Shown here: positions 56,632-64,000 of the stretch, piece after piece
Numbering within the stretch: the stretch's first letter is position 1
Layout of the letters: each line of letters begins with the position of its first letter
Assembly: GCA_951406725.2 (NCBI GenBank)
Contig: OX597816.1
Span: forward strand, 32,116,001 to 32,180,000
Source: Octopus vulgaris
Taxonomy: Eukaryota
DNA length: 64,000 nt
Direction of reading: 5' to 3'
Notes under the pieces: generated by a model
What the model was told of the DNA's origin: nothing
Seen by the model: the letters and a program-made list of their open reading frames with translations, nothing else
Database searches by the model: none
Made by a program: the position numbers and the translations under genes

Positions 56632-57309
56632 TCAATCTGGTTGCCGGGTAGGTCTATAGTTCTTGTAGTTTGCATAATTCTTATGCATGCAATTTGGGGA
56701 GTGTTCTGAGATCTTGTTAAGGAGAGGGCCTTTGGCGAAAAAGATCTCTAGGCTCTCCGAAATGCAAAGGTCACAGCAGGTATGGCCTCCTGTGTACGAA
56801 CGCGCCTTCTGTAGTAGTTTCCACTTGGTCTTGAAGGGGATGGAGTTCCTTTTAAGGTACCAGATGTGGGCGGCGAGGGTAGTTTGGTTGGATTTAGCCG
56901 GTCGCCGGAACGAGTGTCTGTGTGCGTACCAACGGGTCTTAAAGCTGTTTGACGTCATTCCGATGTAGGATTTTCTTTTATCATCAGGGCCTGATCTTAC
57001 CTCGCATGTATATACTAGGTCCCTCTGTAGGCAGTTGTTGTTGAGGGGGCAGGTGGTTTTATCAGGGCAGTTGCAATTGCTATCGGACGTTGGATGGGCC
57101 TCGGAAAAAGTAGATATGTTAAGTTTTTTCACATTGTTGTTGGCTAGGTTCCTGGCTAGATTGGGCGTGGTAGAGTAGGAGAGTCTAATAGTGTTCTTAT
57201 TTAGGATAGTGTAGTACTTATGTTGGGTGGGGAAGTGTTTCTGTAGGAGAGTGAAGAAGATTTTAGCTACAGGTGTAGCGACCTCACGGTTGAAGGGGGG
57301 TTGTACCAG
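56632..57309 (-). pseudogene. PLE linker plus GIY-YIG endonuclease frame
   Basis: ORF 56632-57132 closely matches 134-634; frame open upstream to a TAG near 57310. Confidence 0.88.
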
Positions 57310-58140
57310 CTAATGTATCTTCGTCTATTTTTCCTGGGTTGGCGTGCGGCTATGCTAGTATAGGTAATCTTATCTTTAAAGCCACTGCGGGCCAGGGCCT
57401 CGTTGTAATAGGGGGCTGCGGCCTTAAAGATATCTTCTGTGGCGGACAGGCTAGAAATTCTAATTGAGACACTTTTTACTAGGTTATCTAATATATTTTT
57501 GGGGTGGTTGGAATTAATATCTATATATCTAAGGGATTCATTTGGTTTGTGGTACGGGTAATAAAGTGGGGTTTTTAAGTCGAGGGTGACGTCAAGGAAG
57601 TTAGCTTTGGTTAAGTTGGATTCTAAGGTAATCCTAAGGCCTAAGTTTTTAAAGAAGGTGTAAAGATTTTTCCAGAACCCATCCGTGGTCCTGGGGTTTA
57701 TTTTGTGGAGGGCGAAAAGGCCGTCATCGCGGTAAAGACCACCGGAGAGGCCTGTGAATAGGGTTTTCAGCCTATGGAGGATGAAAAGGCCCACTAGGTC
57801 ACTTATTTCAGCCCGAGTCGCTAGCACCCATGCTGACGTCGAAGGGGGTCACAGATTTTTTTGTTGATCCAGTGGGATCCGTCGTGGAAAAGAAAAGTCT
57901 TACGTGCGTGGAGGATCACATCTTGCTCGGCCTCGGTGATGGTGGAGGACCTCCTGGCGAAGTTAATCAGTCGGACCGACGGTTTATTTTCGAAATGGTC
58001 TTTGTGGTCTTTCAGGGGTTCAGTTCGGTCATCGATTTTAAGGGAGGTGGCAATCTCTTTCCTGGCTAAGTTGGTTTCAGTTAGCGCTGTGTCGTCTACT
58101 TTCTTGTACTTAGCTGTGATGGCGTTATCAGTTAGTCTGT
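57295..58140 (-). pseudogene. PLE reverse transcriptase, 5'-truncated, internally deleted and frameshifted
   Basis: KDHKDHFENKPSVRLIN, ARKTFLF, FDVSMG, AEISDLVGLFIL, GLYRDDGL, NFLDVTLDL, SNHP, SWYNPP. Confidence 0.88.
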
Positions 58141-58462
58141 TGTAGACATGAATCTGTAGGTACGCGTACGTATGTGTATATACGTGTATGTATGTAGATG
58201 TATGTATGTATGAATATAACGCGTGCGTGCGTGTATGTGTATGAGTGTACGAATGAGTGAGTGTGCGTGCTAATGAGTGTGCGTGCGTGAGTGAGTGCTT
58301 GTGCTCAAGTAGAAAGATAAAAGGGACTAGCTGTCGATGCTTGTTACCAGCGGTCAAAGATAACAAAAGTAATAAATGAAGATAATAAAATTCAAATTAG
58401 GGAATGGGTTTGTATTTGTATGTATATGTGTGTATGTGTAGGTATGAATAGGAACACATATG

Positions 58463-58508
<46 letters not shown>

Positions 58509-58697
58509 TGTGTATATGTATATATGAGTATATAGGGACTTGTGTGTTTTCTGTGCATGTGTGTATGTGGATTTGTGTGTGTATGTGTGTATGTGTATGT
58601 GTGTGTATGTATATATTTTTTTGTGTGTATGTGTATGTGTGGTCGTGTGTGTGTATATATACATGTGTGTGTGTATATGTATATGCATGTATATGTG

Positions 58698-58735
<38 letters not shown>

Positions 58736-59076
58736 GATATATGTATGTATATGTATGTGTGTATATATATATATATATGGGTGTGTGTGTATGTATGTGT
58801 GTATGTATATGTGTGTATGTGTGTGTATATATGTATACATATGTGTATAGGTATAAGTGAGAATTTCCTTATTTAGCTAAAACTCTATTCTTCTATATAT
58901 TTTTTTATTCCCTTTTTTTATTCTTTTATTTATTCTTCTATCTAATTTACCACTGACTCCTTGACCACTCCCCCAAGTATGATTTTTTTGCGCTATGCCT
59001 ACCCCCAAAAAGTCCCCCACCACCACCTCTTTAAACCCGCCTAAATGTATAAATGCCAATACAATTCTTGTTAACT

Positions 59077-59127
59077 AGCTTCCTGAAGGTTTCTCTTGAA
59101 TGAAACAGTTCTAGTCCTGTAGAAGCT
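59077..59127 (+). ncRNA. Type I hammerhead (family 1) with core change CUGAAGA to CUGAAGG
   Basis: agcttc ctgaagg tttctcttgaat gaaa cag ttctagtc ctg ta gaagct. Confidence 0.75.
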
Positions 59128-60310
59128 CCTTCTATATAATAAATATATATATATATATATATCCATACATGACATATATACAATGCTCACTTGTATCTAA
59201 TATCATTGGCGCATCCTACCCCAACATTTACGCAAATGCTCGAAATACTACGTTTTTATAATAAAGCGCAATAGAAAATGACGCCGGTTCTTCAGATCCA
59301 ATCTACTTTTCACGCACTTTTCACACGTATTCGTATATATGTATAAGTATGTATATATGTATGTATATGAGTACGTGAGTGTGCCTGTGTTCATATGTAT
59401 GTATAAATGCGTATTTATATCTCTACAAAGAATACATTCTAAGTTGCTATCCGGTTTGCATCCAACTTAGCATACACATACACACACTCATTCACACATA
59501 CACACGTTCACACATGCACGCACACGCACGCGTACGCGCACAACACACGTCATGTTTCTTCTTCTTATGAGCATGCATGTATTGAAGTGTCTACGTTAAT
59601 ATTTCATATGATTATGACTGCAATTGCTCTTTTTTGTAATTGATCTTGTTTACATTACATTATTTCTTTTAAACGTGTAGATTCCCCATATTCAGAGAGA
59701 GAGAGAGATGATGGAGAGAGAGGAGGGAGAGAGAGCAAATGAAATAGGGAGAAAGTGCGAGTGCGTGTGTGATAGATAGCATCTGCTGCATGTTTTCAGA
59801 CACTTGGTATCTTGCATAAACACGGAAAATCTCCGAATCATTTTGCAAATGTTTAGCCTCCTTCATAATTCTTTATTATGCCACCGTATTTATTCTTTTC
59901 AGTTCAAAGACAGCTACTGTTATCCTACGCACTTTTACTTTCTTCTATGGAATCTGACATGCCTGAATCCTTAGACATATTCACTCACCCTGTGGCACAG
60001 AACTTTATTGAATTTTCAGATTTTATTAACTGGTTTCAACCTACGCTGATTTATTTCTATCTTTCTCCAAGTAAAATACATTTACTGGTTCACATTTGTT
60101 CCTTCTTTTTTCTCGAAGAAATATCACTTGCCTACTGATCATATAAGCCTAATATTTTCTTTCAAATATTTGACGATTCGAAATATTACTTACTGGAGTA
60201 CATTAAATGTAATTAGTAACCGAAGAAGAAACAAGTTCTTTGAGTTTCTATATTCCAGTTAACATATAAAATCATATATTTTTCTGAATATATCTCTTAT
60301 ATATAAGGAA

Positions 60311-60704
60311 CTAGCAGTATCGCCCGGCGTTGCTCGGGTTTGTAAGGGAAATAATTATATAAGCATTTTTAGAGAGTTATAGCCAAAAGATAGCAAAAAA
60401 ATGCATTAAAAATGGAAAAAAATGATGGTAATTTTTTTTAAAAATCGTTGACTCATCTTAGACATTTTTAAAGAGTTACTTCCTTATATAATAGCGAAAA
60501 AATGCATTAAAATGGAAAAAAAATGATGGTAATTTTTTTTAATCGTAGACTCATCGTAGACGCGCGCTAATACCCACAAGGGCTCGATATGAATCACGAC
60601 TATAAGATACCCGGTTTTGGTTAAACTGCTCCGCAAAATGTGGGAGTAGTTAGTAATCTAAATCGTAGGAGACAGACACACAACTTCACTTTTATATATA
60701 AAGA
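60311..60704 (-). mobile_element. Non-autonomous Helitron
   Basis: Minus strand starts TC (tctttatatataaaag), ends with hairpin cccgagcaacgccggg then CTAG, inserted between A and T with no TSD; internal ~100-bp tandem duplication. Confidence 0.85.
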
Positions 60705-61091
60705 TTTGTACCACTATTACTGTGTACATTAAAGAATTTCTTTATTTCTCTAAATATATCAAACGATGGTTCGCGTATATTTGCATTTACAACATTGTCT
60801 CATGCGTACAGACACATTAACATATTTACAGGAACACAAAAACTATACATACAAACGTATATATTGATGACATCTATCTAAATAGGATTTCAATCCCGTG
60901 TTTACATGAGCAAGATGAGACATGGATACGGAAGCGCGATGCAAAAAACATTATTACGAACACATGATTTAAATAGGTCACTTGAGAGATTTACATAAGG
61001 GCGATATGGGTGATAGTCTTTCGTGATAGCTCTAGAAAGCAGATTGATTGTATCTCCATCGATGAGAAATTTAAAGTTTCAGTAAAATATG

Positions 61092-61137
<46 letters not shown>

Positions 61138-61982
61138 ACAGACTGCAGATGTTACCATGTACCAGCGGTAGGCACATCACTATAGAGCAAAGAAGTCGAA
61201 GAGAGCAAGAACTATGGAGAAATTGGATAATGGGCGGCTCAATTAACTGTCGGCGGAGAGAGAAGATTTAATCAGCTGATTGATAACGCTGAAGTCATTA
61301 CTTCGTAAGTATTGAGGTGCACCTTATTAGAAACAACCCAGGAGATTCTGCCAAAGAAAACGAATAAGATCGAACCTAAATGTATGACTGAGGAGAACCT
61401 TCCAATGATGAGTAAGACAGGAAATTCGAAACAAAGAATCGAAAGTGTAGAGGGGCCTAGGATAGTCTGCTTAAATAAAAGTTAAGGTAGGCTAAACGGA
61501 CTTTGCCGAATGGACAGTGTGAAGAAACTGAAAGACAATTTGCTGTAGGATACATTAGAAAGCACGTTAAAAAGTAAATAGGTTTTGCGACAGCATTTCC
61601 GGGCGATCAAAATTCGGATGTATCAAAGCAAAGAATGGCGCTATGATGTTTGAGAAGATTGACAGTATATAGATTTATTTCGTGATGCGAAAAAGATCTG
61701 ACCTAGATTTCTTGATTCTAATGCGGGTCCAAAATTTTTTTCCCAGCTGCATAACATCTACCCATGAAATTGGGGAGAAAAATCACTGCTGCTGGACCGG
61801 TCAAAATTGTCATGGAATCGGCAGAGTGACAGACGTAAGAATTGGAAACTCTTTGCACTCTGAAACAAATCAAAATTACGGATCATTATTGCTTCATTAG
61901 TCTCATGAGTCACGTTACAAATATAATTTTGAGAATTTTACTCTTTCGAGCAAGACGCAGAGTAACACATCAGACTGAAATT

Positions 61983-62830
61983 AAACATTAAAGTTTGTAG
62001 GTACGTGGCATTTCGTCATACAAACACAATATGCTATGAAATATACTAAATATTCTCTGAGTCAGTACCACGTCCAAGAGTGTTTGTTACATTAATTTTA
62101 AGATCATTTCGACAGATATACCACAACGTTTCGTATCGTGATGTAAATAAGCAATGAGATCGGAGACAAAAGTGAGTAATGTGTATATATATATGCCATA
62201 CTTTGGGTGTTGCCCCGTCATCAGTACCCATCTAACTCAGTTTCCTCTCCGATCACATCGTGGTAATAAAATATTGGATATACCAATTTATATATTAGAC
62301 GTATTCCTGGCAATGGTATGTAAAAATTAAAGGCTTTAAGGTACGTGGTACTTCGTTAAACGGCAGCTATATAAGCAATGTTTACATCTGACGTTCTCAA
62401 CGCGAAATTTTGATGGAAAAATCAGTGATGGTTATATGTTCTATAGAATATTCTTACAAACAACGTTAAAAACAATGCAGCAAGAACTGGTGACGCGGTG
62501 AGACGTTCTACTGATTTATAAAATCATTTAGTATACCTCATAATATATTCTGATTCCATAACGAAGTGCCACGTACCTACAAACCTTTAATGTTTACATA
62601 TCAGTTCCAGGAATGCGTTTCATATGTAAATAGGTGTATCCAATAACATAACAACGCTATACACCGTAGCAATATAAGCAATGTGTTCAGAGAGAGAAGT
62701 GAGTTGGTTGGATGTTGATGAAAGGGCAACAACACCCAAAATATGGCATATACCCTCAATAGGCATTTTTGTCTCTGGTCTCAATTTTTATTTACATCTG
62801 ATGTCTCTATACGAAACATTATAGCAAAAT
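61983..62830. repeat. Degenerate long inverted repeat (foldback/MITE-like)
   Basis: ~62130-62358 pairs with ~62560-62820 (atatgccatactttgggtgttg / caacacccaaaatatggcatat; ggtacgtgg / ccacgtacc); 61983-62019 repeats the inner motif. Confidence 0.7.
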
Positions 62831-64000
62831 CCGTGCTGGCTATAGTTTCTATAAAATATCTGTAGACACATCCTTAAGAATAATGGAATTCAACAATTTT
62901 GCTTTGCAAAGGGTGCAGGTATAAGGAATGCAATTAACAGAGCGGGCGATGTAGTTCCAAAAGGACACCTCCATGTGTTTCATAGATTACACAGAATATT
63001 TCGATGAAATATGAAGTGAAATTCACAGGTAACGTTGATCTCTCTGTGTGAATGAACTCCGAATCTTGCATATATAGAAGTGGAAACAATAAGAGTGCGT
63101 AAAGTCGGATGAGAAGTGCCGTGAATACACTAACATCTGTTGAGGGCGCAGGCAAATTTGTGTTACGTCACCAAATCTTAATTACTATATTGAATTAGGA
63201 TAAAAGATGTGAAGAAGAAAAGCAATCTTTGAGTAGGGAGACGAAACATCACAAAAATAAGATATGTAAATGACATAGAGTTATTTGCACAATCCGAAAA
63301 GGAACTTTTTCGAACAGGGGTTGTCAGCTGCTTCCCCTTGTTGGTCTGGCATCTACAGACTAGTTTCAGGTTATTTGTCCCTTATCAATGTAGAGCAGCC
63401 GAACCCAGCAGGCGTCGCTACTGAACGTTTGTTCGAAGGATTAATTACCTAAAATTACCTAAAATTCAGTGGAATACATCCACTGGTTTATACTTCTGGA
63501 GTTAATGGTCCGAGGAAAAAGACGGGGCAAAGAAGACAGATTTTATGGTGATGACAACGAAGGGAAGCCCAACGTGCCGCATGATGAAAGTGAATGATCA
63601 AATCATACTTCAAATACATTGGAAATTTGATCAGAAAAGGTCGAAGATGTATGAAGGAGTTCATAAAATCGGTTAGTGTGCGCGGTTCTGGGCGTATGTA
63701 ATATAGAATGTTTGATAAAGGGAATCGTGTACATTTCTTTTATTAGGTGAAGCCTCGCGTTTATATATTGTTTCATCTTAGGAGGCATTTTCTGAAATTA
63801 ATTTACAAACCAACTGTAACAATTTAACAAACTGTTTTCTTACACTTGTCATTGAAATATTTTCTTCATTCGAGTAAACAATATCATATGTTCTTAAATG
63901 ATATAAAGATAATTCGTTAGGCTGATTCAATTTCCAGCGAATGTATTTTGCAACGCATTGTACATGTTTTGTACTTGGTAATCCACAAATTACATTAAGA

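Larger units (their letters stand above)
53133..59143 (-). mobile_element. Penelope-like element family 1, 5'-truncated, with ~1 kb inverted terminal repeat
   Basis: 58141-59143 is the reverse complement of ~53200-54191; RT and EN on the minus strand; both ends in (TA)n. Confidence 0.92.

Noticed and set aside
61404-61440. tgatgag...cgaaac hammerhead-like spacing
   Set aside because: Lacks the C of CUGA, helix II does not pair, no cleavage triplet or helix I

Overview
AT-rich, microsatellite-dense eukaryotic repeat DNA, most likely a cephalopod (Octopus-like SINE and Penelope families; inference). I found no intact host gene, and nearly all ORFs in the track are translations of (TA)n/(CA)n/(TACA)n repeats. 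The main content is Penelope-like retroelements (PLEs) with RT (YRDD) and a C-terminal GIY-YIG endonuclease of Naiad-like type: two related insertions (1-6383, inside a complex inverted rearrangement, and 53133-59143, with ~1 kb inverted termini) plus an old, distinct PLE (41251-42640). Their ends carry type I hammerhead ribozymes readable from the sequence (three sequence families, nine copies, several with core mutations). Two of these families also occur as tiny (~150-230 bp) inserts in (TA)n, two of them head-to-head palindromic ribozyme pairs, with recurrent breakpoints. Also present: a young 5'-truncated CR1-type LINE with an (AACT)n tail, decayed R4/Dong-like LINE pieces, several Tc1/mariner relics, a non-autonomous Helitron, tRNA-derived SINEs, local duplications, and a very tentative decayed MFS/SLC46-like pseudogene.
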